A stretch of DNA of 62,114 nt, filler included, from 3 parts of 3 records of this genome joined end to end with filler, not necessarily neighbours in it, one strand, 5' to 3'. Counted from the first letter of the whole stretch, positions 21,505-32,045 are shown. Translations and numbers: made by a program. Notes: generated by a model from the letters alone, not told the origin.

Positions 21505-22704
21505 ATGTTGAAAAAAAAGATACTTCTCGGCGTTACAGGCAGTGTAGCTGCATACAAAGCTGCCGAGCTAATCAGACTGCTTAGAAAAAATGATTTCTTT
21601 GTTCAGGTTGTTTTGACGAAGTCAGCAAAGCAATTTGTGACGCCTCTAACTTTACAAGCTCTCTCTGGTAATCCTGTATTAGAAAATATGTGGGAACCTT
21701 CAGAAGGTAACGGGATGGAACATATTAATCTATCAAGGACAGCCGATTTAATATTAATTGCCCCAACTTCAGGAAACTTTATAGCTAAGCTCGCCAATGG
21801 GCTAGCAGACGATCTTCTCACAAATCTTTGCTTAGCTAGGTCATGCCCACTTCTTGTTGCTCCCGCAATGAATGTTGAGATGTTTGAAAATAATGCGACT
21901 CAAAGAAATTTAAAGGCCATAAAAGAAGATGGTGTCTTGATTTCTGGTCCAGATTTAGGAGAACAAGCATGTGGAGAAGTTGGTTTAGGAAGGCTAATAA
22001 ACTTTGAGTCTTTGATGCTGGATATAAAAAAATCTCTCACACCTCAAATATTTATAAATAAAAAAATACTCATTTCTTCTGGAGCAACAGTTGAGAAAAT
22101 TGATGAAGCAAGAGCCATTACAAATTTGAGCTCAGGCCTAATGGGATTGAATCTAGCAAAAACTGCCTACACGATGGGTGCAGATGTAACTGTTGTTAGT
22201 GGTAACTCTAATTATGAACTTCCACAATGTATCAAAAAAATTAGTGCAAAAAATCACGAAGCCATGTATCAATCAATTGTTAGTAATATCGAAAATAATG
22301 ATATTTATATTAGCGCAGCAGCAATCTCTGATTATAAACCTTCATATACTAAGGGTAAGATAAAGAAAGGAAGTAATTTAATTTCAATAGATTTAGAAAA
22401 AACTAAAGATATTTTAAGTTTCGTTGGGGAAAATTTTAGTCATAAGTTTCTTGTAGGTTTTGCAGCTGAATCAGAGAATGTAGTTGAAAATGGTAAAAAT
22501 AAACTTTTATCCAAAAATCTAGATATTGTTATTGGTAACAAGATTAAGGAATCAATGGGGAAAACAAAAGCCTCAATGGTTATTATTGATCATGATAAAA
22601 ATACAATACTTCCTAAAGCAGAAAAAGACATACAAAGTAGAATTATTTTAGAATATATTTTTAAACTGTTATCAAAAGAAAAAGCTCATGACACTATCAA
22701 TTGA
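21505..22704 (+). CDS. coaBC: Phosphopantothenoylcysteine decarboxylase / phosphopantothenate--cysteine ligase
   Basis: [38 protein letters not shown]. Confidence 0.95.
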   Translation: MLKKKILLGVTGSVAAYKAAELIRLLRKNDFFVQVVLTKSAKQFVTPLTLQALSGNPVLENMWEPSEGNGMEHINLSRTADLILIAPTSGNFIAKLANGLADDLLTNLCLARSCPLLVAPAMNVEMFENNATQRNLKAIKEDGVLISGPDLGEQACGEVGLGRLINFESLMLDIKKSLTPQIFINKKILISSGATVEKIDEARAITNLSSGLMGLNLAKTAYTMGADVTVVSGNSNYELPQCIKKISAKNHEAMYQSIVSNIENNDIYISAAAISDYKPSYTKGKIKKGSNLISIDLEKTKDILSFVGENFSHKFLVGFAAESENVVENGKNKLLSKNLDIVIGNKIKESMGKTKASMVIIDHDKNTILPKAEKDIQSRIILEYIFKLLSKEKAHDTIN

Positions 22705-23140
22705 CTATAAGATACTTAATCCATTAATAAAAGATCATATTCCAGGCTACGCTTCTGAAGGCTCTGCTGGACTTGACCTTAGGGCATGCATCTCCGAACC
22801 AATAGACCTTGTTCCAGGTAAAACTGAGCTTATTCCTACAGGTATATCAATTTTTATAAAAAATCCGGGGTATGCAGCCCTTATCTTGCCTCGTTCTGGT
22901 CTTGGGCATAAGCATGGAATAGTCTTAGGTAATCTAGTTGGTTTAATTGATTCAGATTATCAAGGTGAGCTTTTTATCTCAACATGGAATAGAGGTTCAA
23001 CTTCATTCTCAATAAAACCATTAGACAGAATTGCACAGTTAATAATAGTTCCGGTATCACAAGCAGCTTTTAATTTAGTATCAGAATTTCCGCAGAGTGA
23101 TCGTGGGACAGGTGGCTTTGGTAGCACAGGAAAGTCTTAG
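22688..23140 (+). CDS. dut: dUTP diphosphatase
   Basis: [36 protein letters not shown]. Confidence 0.96.
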   Translation: MTLSIDYKILNPLIKDHIPGYASEGSAGLDLRACISEPIDLVPGKTELIPTGISIFIKNPGYAALILPRSGLGHKHGIVLGNLVGLIDSDYQGELFISTWNRGSTSFSIKPLDRIAQLIIVPVSQAAFNLVSEFPQSDRGTGGFGSTGKS

Positions 23141-23147
23141 AAAAGAC

Positions 23148-23176
23148 TTGATATCCCCCTAAATTCTGTGGATAAT
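23148..23176 (+). promoter_or_regulatory. Putative sigma70 promoter of rpmB-rpmG
   Basis: TTGATA-N17-GATAAT, with TGTG just upstream of the -10. Confidence 0.55.
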
Positions 23177-23215
23177 AAACATCTTTTTAAGAAATCGAAT
23201 AATTAAAGGTTAGTT

Positions 23216-23452
23216 ATGGCTAGAGTATGTGATGTGACAGGGAAAAAAACAACGACAGGGAACAATGTTTCTCATGCCAATAATAGAACGCGACGTAAAT
23301 TTTTACCGAACCTACAAAGTCGTAAATTTTGGGTCGAAAGTGAAAATCGCTGGGTTTCAATGAAAATTTCTAGCGCCGCTCTTAGAACCATTGATAAGCT
23401 CGGTATTGATGAAGTTCTCAAAAGAATGCGTGCTGACGGTAAAAAGGTTTAG
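23216..23452 (+). CDS. rpmB: 50S ribosomal protein L28
   Basis: [30 protein letters not shown]. Confidence 0.97.
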   Translation: MARVCDVTGKKTTTGNNVSHANNRTRRKFLPNLQSRKFWVESENRWVSMKISSAALRTIDKLGIDEVLKRMRADGKKV

Positions 23453-23463
23453 GGGAAAGAATT

Positions 23464-23619
23464 ATGAGAGAAAAAATAAGATTAGATTCATCAGCTGGAA
23501 CTGGACATTTTTATACAACAACAAAAAATAAAAGGACCATGACTGAAAAGTTTGAAATTAAGAAATTCGATCCCACTATTCGCAAACACGTTATCTATAA
23601 AGAAAATAAAATTAAATAA
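23464..23619 (+). CDS. rpmG: 50S ribosomal protein L33 (absent from the ORF track)
   Basis: Hand translation [51 protein letters not shown] (51 aa, zinc-free type) after rpmB. Confidence 0.95.
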   Translation: MREKIRLDSSAGTGHFYTTTKNKRTMTEKFEIKKFDPTIRKHVIYKENKIK

Positions 23620-23622
23620 ATT

Positions 23623-24599
23623 TTATTTTCTTTCTATATTCACTCTGTGTGGGTATGGTATTTCAATATTATTATTCTTAAACTCTTCAAAAATACCTCT
23701 GTAGATATCAGACTTTAGTGACAAGAATCCTTTATCAGGATCAGCGACGAAGCAAGCAACATGAAGATTAATCCCACTATCAGCAAATTCTTTTACATAT
23801 ACATCCGGTTTTGGATCTTGAATTACCCTTTTTTCAGCATAACAAACCTTGAGAATGACTTCTATTGCCTTATCGATAGAAGATTCATAACTGATTTGCA
23901 ATTCTAAGGGTATTTTGACAGTCGTGTTTGAGAAAGTCAGGTTAGTAATTACGCTTGTTAATAGCTGTTCATTGGGGATAAGTTCTTCGACACCATCTAG
24001 TCTTTTAATGGTGGTATAACGAGATTTTATTGCTGATACCCTACCATAATGACCGTTCATATCGATCATATCGCCAACCCTTATAGATTCATCACTAAGA
24101 AGTAAAAAACCACTTATATAATTAGCAGCCACCTTTTGAAAACCAAAAGCAAGACCTAAACCAAAAGCACCACCAAAAATAGTTAAAAATGATAAATCGA
24201 TTCCTAAAGAACTTAGAACTAATACAATTGCAAAAATATAAAGCAAAATCTTGAGAACTTTTATTATAACTATTCTTTGATTTGGTCTAAAACTTTTAGA
24301 CCTTATTTTCATTATTTGATTTTCAATAATCCTCGCAAATGTCATCGCAATTAAAACTGCAATAAATATACCTAAAATAGTTTCAACAATTAAAAGCAAT
24401 GTGATACTTTCTTCGGCGATAACAAATTTTATGGAATCAAGTCGATCTTGCATCTGTTTTAAAATACCAAATTGAAAAGCTAAATAACCTGTGACAATAA
24501 TGCCAGCAAATATGTTTTCAAAAGGTCGAAGCCATGGCCCTGGTTTTAATATATATCTAACAAAAATTATCCCCAATCTAACGAAAATAAGCAGGATAA
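23623..24599 (-). CDS. Small-conductance mechanosensitive channel family protein, 5' truncated by the spacer
   Basis: GLAFGFQKVAANYISG, IRVGD, IPNEQL, FADSGIN, IEIPYP; frame stays open up to the Ns. Confidence 0.88.
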
Positions 24600-24699
24600 N
24601 NNNNNNNNNNNNNNNNNNNNNNNNNNNNNNNNNNNNNNNNNNNTTAATTAATTAANNNNNNNNNNNNNNNNNNNNNNNNNNNNNNNNNNNNNNNNNNNN
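24600..24699. other. Artificial contig-joining spacer 1
   Basis: 44 N + TTAATTAATTAA (24644-24655; stops in all six frames) + 44 N. Confidence 0.97.
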
Positions 24700-24727
24700 G
24701 GAAGTTCGAGTCTTCTCGGCCGCACCA
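24700..24727 (+). tRNA. 3' end of a tRNA (T arm, acceptor strand, CCA); resembles alphaproteobacterial tRNA-Leu; anticodon not in window
   Basis: GGAAG-TTCGAGT-CTTCT-CGGCCGC-A-CCA at the contig start; isotype is recalled, not shown by the sequence. Confidence 0.75.
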
Positions 24728-24763
24728 TTATTTCTTTGAATCATTTTGAAATCATGAATGCAA

Positions 24764-25627
24764 TTATTTTGCACCCATTATACGAATAATGGGAGCATTT
24801 TTTTTAATCATTACATTTTCGATTTTTAAATAGAGTTCACGGTATTTGTAAAAGGGTACTTTTGGGAAAAGATGATGCACGCTATGGTAATTTTGAAATA
24901 ACCACATCCAGGTTATGATGCTGTCTGAAATTCCGGGAAATACGAATGTTGACGTATTCTCATACCGCTTTGTTTTATTGTAAGGACGATGTACAAGCCA
25001 AGCAAATAAAATTACAAGCATAAAAGCACCCATTTGTGTTGCTGCTAAAGAAATTAACCCGACTTTCCAATAACCAAAAATAAATAGAGCACCTCTCCAG
25101 CTGAACATTAATAGTATCTCGATAATCACTATGGTTTTATCACTTCTATTGGCTTTGCCCCAGCATTGCTTGAAATAATATTTATATTGCTGTGGAAGTG
25201 CCATAAACGATCCTTTAATAACACCCCATAGAGTGTCAGACGTAATATATAAATCAGGATCTTGATCTGCTATATTCGTATGCTGGTGGTGGGCTAAATG
25301 CTCTTTTTGATGAGCTTTAAAAGAAGTAAATAGTATTTGACCTGCTAAATAACCAAGTAAGTCGTTAAGCCACTTCCAAGATTTGTGCTTACCAGTTATA
25401 CTGCCGTGTACAGCATCATGCATTACTGTGTAAATTCCATATGTAATCAAGGATGCTAAAAGAAACCCTGTCCAAAGTGAAATAATTTTTGATATCATAC
25501 CTATATAGGTCAAAGAAAAAAATATCATTAGAACAAAAGACAATATAATGGTTGGGCCTGCGAACCCACCCATTAAAGATTTCGCCTGTTTAATAGCAAA
25601 TAAATCAGAATCTTGTGTTGTCGACAT
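24764..25627 (-). CDS. Membrane fatty acid desaturase / carotenoid hydroxylase-like di-iron enzyme
   Basis: His boxes HDAVH, HLAHH, HSVHH plus TM segments; likely start MSTTQD at 25627. Confidence 0.85.
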   Translation of the reverse strand: MSTTQDSDLFAIKQAKSLMGGFAGPTIILSFVLMIFFSLTYIGMISKIISLWTGFLLASLITYGIYTVMHDAVHGSITGKHKSWKWLNDLLGYLAGQILFTSFKAHQKEHLAHHQHTNIADQDPDLYITSDTLWGVIKGSFMALPQQYKYYFKQCWGKANRSDKTIVIIEILLMFSWRGALFIFGYWKVGLISLAATQMGAFMLVILFAWLVHRPYNKTKRYENTSTFVFPGISDSIITWMWLFQNYHSVHHLFPKVPFYKYRELYLKIENVMIKKNAPIIRIMGAK

Positions 25628-25641
25628 GAGAGATACCAAGC

Positions 25642-25985
25642 TTAATTAATCGGATAATTTCGTGAATTGAGGATGTTCATTTCCTCCAATAGGTTATTGG
25701 CTTTGTCTACTTTTTCCATAACCCAAAGCATGTAGCGGCTATCGACGTGGATAGAGCGAGTGGTGCGCGGGTCGAAGTCCCAATCTGAATTAACGCTTTC
25801 AATTGTACCGTCAAAGAGCAAACCGACAAGTTCACCACGTGCATTCAGGGTTGCAGAGCCTGAGTTTCCGCCTGTTGAGTCAAGATCTGTTAAAAAGTTC
25901 ACGGGAACGGATTTAATTGACTCCAATTCATAACGACCATAATTTTTGGCCATAATCAGGTCGATTTGGGGTTGAAAGGATGGCT
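25642..25985 (-). pseudogene. C-terminal remnant of an S46 family dipeptidyl peptidase
   Basis: NYGRY..VPVNFLTDLDSTGGNSGS..GELVGLLFDG..SDWDFDP..RSIHVDSRYMLWVM; about 110 codons of a protein normally about 700 aa. Confidence 0.8.
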
Positions 25986-26072
25986 TAAGCATTAATATGT
26001 CTTTCACTGAATTACTTTTGTGTATACACAATTTTAAATTCATAGCATTATAAAAATAATAGGAAACACACA

Positions 26073-26710
26073 ATGCGTAAAACTTTAAATGAGCAACTCA
26101 ATTGGCGATATGCAACAAAAAAATGGATCCTACGAGGACTGTAGCTCAGGAAAAAATTGAAGCCATTATTGAAGCAATAAGGATGTCACCTACATCAAGC
26201 GGAACCCAGCCTTTTGAATTAATTGTTGTCACAAATAAAAATATACGGGAAGAGATTTGCAAAGCTGCAAGTAATCAGACACCTATTATTGATGGGTCTC
26301 ATCTTTTGGTTTTTGCCGCTTGGGATAATTACACAGAAGCACGAATTGATGAAGTAGCTGACTTGAATGTTAAACTTCGAGGAGACTTACCTTTAATTGG
26401 ACAATATTATGGAAACTTAAAGTCCAATTATATTCCTCGTGACGCCGAGGTAAATTACGCTCATGCAGCTCGACAAGCCTATATTGCACTCGGAATTGCT
26501 ATGGTTGCCGCTGCTGAGCAAGAAGTAGACTGCACACCAATGGAAGGGTTTTCCCCTGCTGCGGTAGATGAAATTTTAGGGTTGAAGGAACGGGGGCTTC
26601 GTTCTGTTGTACTTTTGCCTCTTGGTTACCGTGATGAAGAAGGCGATTGGTTGCTAAATATGGCTAAAGTTAGAAAGTCGCGTGAGACTATGATCACCTT
26701 TATTGATTAG
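26073..26710 (+). CDS. NAD(P)H-dependent nitroreductase family protein, split by a -1 frameshift at an A7 run (26117-26123)
   Basis: AGGA RBS and ATG 26073 give MRKTLNEQLNWRYATKK; the continuation MDPT..SPTSSGTQPF..TPMEGF..LGYR lies in the -1 frame. Confidence 0.85.
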
Positions 26711-26738
26711 AAGGTTTTTTGTCGTTCATTTATATTTT

Positions 26739-27476
26739 TTATGAGCAAGCAATACATTTTAAATCTTTTGGCAGTTTTATAGTTTTTGATATCATTTCTA
26801 ATCCTTTAAAAATGAATATTTTTCCGTTTAGTGTATTTCCAGCCTGTGTAATTATTTTTATGGCTTCTAATGCCATGATGGAGCCTATTATGCCTGCTGT
26901 CGCTCCAATCACACCTAATTGACTGCAAGTTTCTGCGTCGGGTGGTATCTCTGGTACAAAACATCTATAGCAAGGGCTATCCTTTGTATTTAAAAAAGTA
27001 CTCACTTGACCATCAAACTTACCTATTGCGCCTGACACTAAAGGTATTTTTAAATCCAAGGCCAAATCATTAACTATAAACCTGGTTTCAAAATTATCGA
27101 CACAATCTATTAGTACATCATGGTCAGATAAAATATTTTGCGCATTTTCCTTATTAATTCTTTCATTAAAGACCTTGCAATCGAGGCTTGGGTTGATAGC
27201 GATCAGTCTTTCCGAAAGAGATCCAGATTTTTCTTTACCTACTGTAGAAGTTGAAAACTGTATTTGCCTTTGTAAATTGGAGGTTTCAACGCAATCATTA
27301 TCTATGATAGTCATACTGCCTACGCCTGCAGCTGCTAGATACATGCTAGCAGGTCCGCCTAATCCGCCTGCTCCTATTATAGCTATTCGTGCTTTTGATA
27401 ATAAATTCTGTCCTGGCCCCCCAATCTCTTTAAGAATTAGTTGGCGAGAATAGCGTTCAATGTAACCATCATCCAT
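26739..27476 (-). CDS. moeB: MoeB/ThiF family adenylyltransferase
   Basis: RYSRQLIL, GAGGLG, SNLQRQ, DCVDNF, PCYRC, C-terminal CxxC. Confidence 0.85.
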   Translation of the reverse strand: MDDGYIERYSRQLILKEIGGPGQNLLSKARIAIIGAGGLGGPASMYLAAAGVGSMTIIDNDCVETSNLQRQIQFSTSTVGKEKSGSLSERLIAINPSLDCKVFNERINKENAQNILSDHDVLIDCVDNFETRFIVNDLALDLKIPLVSGAIGKFDGQVSTFLNTKDSPCYRCFVPEIPPDAETCSQLGVIGATAGIIGSIMALEAIKIITQAGNTLNGKIFIFKGLEMISKTIKLPKDLKCIACS

Positions 27477-27505
27477 TAAGAGTTTTTTCTCTCTATCATT
27501 TTTAC

Positions 27506-27961
27506 TTATTGGGTTCCAGTCGAGCCAAAACCACCTTCGCCCCTTGCAGTGTCAGTGAGTTCATTAACAGATATGAACTCAGGCTGTGTTATTGGGGCAA
27601 TAACCATTTGAGCTATTCGTTCGCCTCTTGAAATTTTAAACGGGATATCACCGTGATTGATTAAGAGGACTTTAACTTCGCCTCTATAATCTGCATCTAT
27701 TGTACCAGGTGTATTCAAGCAAGTTACTCCATGTTTATAGGCAAGACCAGATCTTGGTCTTATTTGAGCTTCATAGCCCGCGGGTAAAGCCATTGCTAGG
27801 CCTGTTGGAACTAAAGCTCTGGCTCCCGGTTGCAGTGTCAATGGTGCATGTTCCTCTACTGCGGCTCGTAAATCTGCTCCAGCAGCTAAAACTGTTTCGT
27901 ATTCTGGTAATTTCAGTTTCCCAAAATGAACAAGCTTCTTGATTTCAACAGATAGCGTCAT
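27506..27961 (-). CDS. dut: dUTP diphosphatase (contig B copy)
   Basis: [36 protein letters not shown]. Confidence 0.96.
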   Translation of the reverse strand: MTLSVEIKKLVHFGKLKLPEYETVLAAGADLRAAVEEHAPLTLQPGARALVPTGLAMALPAGYEAQIRPRSGLAYKHGVTCLNTPGTIDADYRGEVKVLLINHGDIPFKISRGERIAQMVIAPITQPEFISVNELTDTARGEGGFGSTGTQ

Positions 27962-28057
27962 TGGATAATCTCCATGTTATTTTACATTAACTTAACAATT
28001 TTAGATTCGTTTTAAATATCATTACATATAAAATATATTTATGAAGATAATTTTCTT

Positions 28058-28546
28058 TTAATTTGTCTGAATATTTTTTTTCTTTTGGAAAAGATTATGT
28101 GATTTGGAATTATAGTAATTAAGATTAAGTATCATTTTTTCTTTATCTAAATCAGATAAATCTGGGCCGCTGTAAGAATAATTAAATTTTCCATCTTTGT
28201 AATATACTTTTGTAATTCCTGAGGTAGAGCTGTCAAAATTTTGTGACAGCATAAGTGGTATTCCTGACTTGAGAATAGGAAAGTCTATTTTTCTGGGTAC
28301 AACATTCATCCGTTTGCACATCACGGCTCTAATTTTGAACCCATTAATAGTACGTATTATTTTTTTATCTTCATTATAAATACTTGCGATAAAATTTATG
28401 GCTGGGTGAAAGCTTGCTACTTCCACTAATTGCTTGTTATCTTCTGGTTTATATTTTTCCATGATTACAACTTCGCAATCAGCAATATTATCTGCATAAG
28501 ACAGAGGAGATATAAATATTAATGTAAGAAAAAGTACAAATCTCAT
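28058..28546 (-). CDS. Hypothetical exported protein
   Basis: 162 aa, signal peptide ending SYA, two Cys; start overlaps the coaBC stop (ATGA). Confidence 0.7.
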   Translation of the reverse strand: MRFVLFLTLIFISPLSYADNIADCEVVIMEKYKPEDNKQLVEVASFHPAINFIASIYNEDKKIIRTINGFKIRAVMCKRMNVVPRKIDFPILKSGIPLMLSQNFDSSTSGITKVYYKDGKFNYSYSGPDLSDLDKEKMILNLNYYNSKSHNLFQKKKNIQTN

Positions 28547-29751
28547 GACATTTTTTGAGCTATTTTTAGAGCCAGTCTTTCAGCACTCTCTTGTTTAGTT
28601 AGTTCAGGCCAAGTTTCAATTTTATTTTCAGTGATAATAATCATTTTGTTGTTATCGCCACCCATGACATTTCCTGAAACGTCATTTGCTATAATCCAGT
28701 CACAATGTTTTCGGGTTTTCTTTTTTGTAGCGTTTTCAATTATGTTGTTAGTTTCTGCCGCAAATCCAATAACAAATCTAGGACGATTTTTAGAACTTGA
28801 TATTGTTTTTAGTATATCAATGTTGTTTTCTAACTCCAGAGGAGCAGGAGCATTTCCATCTTTCTTCAGTTTTTTATCAGAACAAGATTTTGGGCGCCAA
28901 TCTGAAACAGCTGCTACTGATATAAAAATATCTGCTGGGAGTGATGACTGACATGCCTCAAGCATTTCTTTGGCAGTCGTTACTTTCACGAGCTTTACTA
29001 ATGGCGGTGCATCAAGGTTTACAGGACCAGAGATTAAGGTTACTTTTGCTCCTAAGTTAGAGACAGCTTCTGCTAGTGCATATCCTTGTTTTCCTGAGCT
29101 TTCATTTGACAGATACCTAACAGGATCGATAGGTTCTTGAGTTGGTCCAGCAGTAATTAATATTGATTTTCCGGTTAATGACATGATGGGCTCTTTTTTA
29201 GTTTGCAGCTCCGCTACTTTAAGTGATGAAACAATTGCATCAATTATTTGGCACGGTTCAGACATTCGACCATGACCGGTCTCGCCACATGCCATTTCGC
29301 CTATATCTGGCCCAACGAAAAGTGCTCCGTCATTTTCAAGTGTTTTTATATTACGTTTTGTAGCCTCGGCTTCCCACATACGAACATTCATGGAGGGAGC
29401 ATAAAGTACTGGTTTATCTGTTGCTAGAATTGTAGTTGATGCTAAGTCATCAGCAATGCCATTTGCAGCTTTCGCAATGAGATTCGCTGTTGCGGGAACA
29501 ACTGCTATCAAATCTGCTGAGCGCGATAATTCAATATGCCCCATCTCAGTTTCATCAGTTAAGCTCCATAAATCTGTGTAAACTTTATTACCTGATAAAG
29601 CCCCAGCAGATAGAGGAGTTACAAACTCACTTCCGCCTTTAGTTAAGATAACTTTTGATTTAACACCAATCTTGGCAAGGTCACGTATGACGGTTAATGC
29701 TTTATAAGCAGCTACTCCGCCAGAAATAATTAGCAATACACTTTTATTCAT
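28543..29751 (-). CDS. coaBC: CoaBC (contig B copy)
   Basis: ISGGVAAYKA, MGHIELSR, APSMNVRMW, MACGETGHGRM, TAGPTQEPIDPVRY, GFAAET. Confidence 0.95.
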   Translation of the reverse strand: MNKSVLLIISGGVAAYKALTVIRDLAKIGVKSKVILTKGGSEFVTPLSAGALSGNKVYTDLWSLTDETEMGHIELSRSADLIAVVPATANLIAKAANGIADDLASTTILATDKPVLYAPSMNVRMWEAEATKRNIKTLENDGALFVGPDIGEMACGETGHGRMSEPCQIIDAIVSSLKVAELQTKKEPIMSLTGKSILITAGPTQEPIDPVRYLSNESSGKQGYALAEAVSNLGAKVTLISGPVNLDAPPLVKLVKVTTAKEMLEACQSSLPADIFISVAAVSDWRPKSCSDKKLKKDGNAPAPLELENNIDILKTISSSKNRPRFVIGFAAETNNIIENATKKKTRKHCDWIIANDVSGNVMGGDNNKMIIITENKIETWPELTKQESAERLALKIAQKMS

Positions 29752-29800
29752 AATCTGTCTTAGGGCTTTATTTATTTTTGATATTTGTGTTTAGCAGGTT

Positions 29801-30973
29801 TTAAATACTTAAATCCATCAAATTATAATCTTTAAGTGCGGCTTGTGCACTCTCGCTCCAAGTAAATTTATTTAAATTATCTGAGAATGGTAGGTAGTTA
29901 TGTGGTTTTTCAGTGGGAAAACGCTTCTTCCTAGCGTTTATTGCTAATGCTATTACTTCAGACCGTTTATTTATAAAATCTGCATCCATAACTTTTGCCT
30001 CTGAATGAATACCTGCCCCTTTAACATTTAAAACTGACGATCTTTTATGAAAACCAAAGTTAACTGTAACCCGGGTCTCGTAACCAGTATTTGCAAATGA
30101 ACCATGGACGACTTGCCTGTTATTGATAACTACGTCACCAGGATTGCAAATAATTGGTACTGCATCTACAAGTCTCTCACTACCAGAGTCTTTTACCATT
30201 TTTACTATATCAGCTCTATCATGTTTGTGACTTCCGGGAACAACCCAAACACCATTTACAGCTGTACTCCCGTAAACTTGTCCCATGAAATTAAACCCAT
30301 GTATGTTTTCGTCAAAGTTTGGGCTTCCCCAATGGGTATCCCCGTCTTGATGCCAGGATACAGCTGCGCCTAAACCTGCATCTTTTATAAAAAGACCTTC
30401 TGTAAATGGAACAAAATCTGAACCGTTTAGTGTTTCTGCTAATTTCAACAAGCCTGGGTGCGCGTAAACTCTGAGACAAGCCGGTGAAAATTGCAATGAA
30501 CCGCTAAGGTATACCGGAACTGCCTGCGGGGCATCATCTGCAGCTTTTGGTTCAAACAACTTCACCTGATGTCTACCATTTGAGATTTGTGTTCCTCCCA
30601 GTGGATCAGAAAGTGGTCTTGCCCACTGCAATGTCATAGCTTTATTGTCGCTGCCCAATGCAGGTCTGCCATATTTGTCTTTTTCAGCACCCATGTGCGT
30701 AGGAAAATTATCTCTTATTTTACTTAAGTCGGATTTTATATCACTAAGTTCTTCATCAGATAAAACGCCTTCTAAGATATAAAAGCCAAATTTAGAGTAT
30801 GCTTTAAGTATATCCTTATGGATGTTACCTCGCGTATCAAACTTTAAAGGCCCGCGGTTAGGCATTGCTAATGCTTTAGCTTGTCCTTCAAGAAGATAGG
30901 ATTTTACAGCAGCAGCATCATCTCCGTAATGAGCAGCACATGCTTCAATTGATTTACTAATGTTTGTAACCAT
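29801..30973 (-). CDS. Phytanoyl-CoA dioxygenase (PhyH) family Fe(II)/2-oxoglutarate oxygenase
   Basis: WHQD HxD motif, VVPGSH, PGDV, HGS..N..R distal His and 2OG-binding Arg. Confidence 0.85.
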   Translation of the reverse strand: MVTNISKSIEACAAHYGDDAAAVKSYLLEGQAKALAMPNRGPLKFDTRGNIHKDILKAYSKFGFYILEGVLSDEELSDIKSDLSKIRDNFPTHMGAEKDKYGRPALGSDNKAMTLQWARPLSDPLGGTQISNGRHQVKLFEPKAADDAPQAVPVYLSGSLQFSPACLRVYAHPGLLKLAETLNGSDFVPFTEGLFIKDAGLGAAVSWHQDGDTHWGSPNFDENIHGFNFMGQVYGSTAVNGVWVVPGSHKHDRADIVKMVKDSGSERLVDAVPIICNPGDVVINNRQVVHGSFANTGYETRVTVNFGFHKRSSVLNVKGAGIHSEAKVMDADFINKRSEVIALAINARKKRFPTEKPHNYLPFSDNLNKFTWSESAQAALKDYNLMDLSI

Positions 30974-31029
30974 AAAATCTTGTTTTCCTAAAAATTTTTT
31001 ATAATTCTCGTTATTTTTTTAAATCAGCT

Positions 31030-31986
31030 ATGAGATTTGTTAAAGTTAAAAATATATTAATGAAAACAGTTAATTATGTCAATTATGGTAAAAGAAAATT
31101 TAGTCAATTGAAGCTTTTGGAATTAAAATTTAAAGGTTGGTATTTGAAATTAACTCCCAAATATGGAGCGTGCATACTCCGTTGTTCATATAAAAATTTT
31201 GACATTTTACGTCCAGCAGAAACTGGTTGGGAACGCACTCATGACCCTATGCTTACTTCGTATTTTCCATTGGTCCCTTATTCGAATAGAATTGCAAATG
31301 GTCAATTTCAGTGGGAAAATGAACATATTAATTTAAAATCCAACCATGTCTCTCAACAATTTCCTTTGCATGGTATTGGGTGGCTATCTGAGTGGGTAGT
31401 CTTGGAAATAAAAGAGAATGGTTGCATTCTTGAATATAAAAATTCTGAGAGTGATTGGCCTTGGCCATTTTCTGTAAAACAAGAAATAACACTTAAAAAA
31501 ACTTCAATGAAAATTAGTTTAACACTCGAGAACATTGGTCGAAATAAAATGCCAGCAGGACTCGGATTTCATCCGTATTTTCCTTTGACTAAAGATCTTC
31601 AACTACAGTTCAACGCTAAGAGCGTTTATTTGTCTGATGATGATAATTTGCCTACTAAATTAACCTTAGTTCCTAACAAATGGGACTTTAGTCATTCTAA
31701 AAGTGTATTTGAAACAAAGGTTGATAATTGTTTTTCCGGTTATGATGGGAAAGCCCATATGACCGTGGGTAAAAAGCGTTATAATTTGTTTGTATTATCT
31801 ACTAAAAGTCTCGATCATTGTGTATTTTATGTTCCAAAAAATGGTAACTTTTTTTGCTTAGAGCCTGTCAATCATATGAATAATGCATTGGCTTTGAATC
31901 CTATTCAAGGAGTTACACTGATGCCATCATTAGGTCCTGGTGAAATTAATCATGTAGAAATGTTGTTTGATACCAACGGAATTTAA
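31030..31986 (+). CDS. Aldose 1-epimerase family protein (start uncertain)
   Basis: FPLVPYSNRI, LHGIGW, GLGFHPYF, FCLEPVNH. Confidence 0.85.
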   Translation: MRFVKVKNILMKTVNYVNYGKRKFSQLKLLELKFKGWYLKLTPKYGACILRCSYKNFDILRPAETGWERTHDPMLTSYFPLVPYSNRIANGQFQWENEHINLKSNHVSQQFPLHGIGWLSEWVVLEIKENGCILEYKNSESDWPWPFSVKQEITLKKTSMKISLTLENIGRNKMPAGLGFHPYFPLTKDLQLQFNAKSVYLSDDDNLPTKLTLVPNKWDFSHSKSVFETKVDNCFSGYDGKAHMTVGKKRYNLFVLSTKSLDHCVFYVPKNGNFFCLEPVNHMNNALALNPIQGVTLMPSLGPGEINHVEMLFDTNGI

Positions 31987-32011
31987 AATAGTATATTATT
32001 TTTTTATCATA

Positions 32012-32045
32012 ACATTTGACCCTTTGACATATTTAGGTCAAACGT
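32012..32045. promoter_or_regulatory. Operator-like inverted repeat upstream of oppA
   Basis: ACATTTGACC-N14-GGTCAAACGT (9 of 10 arm positions pair); the spacer contains TTGACA. Confidence 0.4.

Noticed and set aside
25638-25650. AAGCTTAATTAAT resembling the linker or a cloning site
   Set aside because: No flanking Ns, only 8 of the 12 linker bases, and it includes the natural stop of the S46 remnant; plausible by chance in AT-rich DNA.
21505-29751. Apparent duplication of coaBC-dut
   Set aside because: The copies are on different contigs separated by an artificial spacer and are highly divergent.
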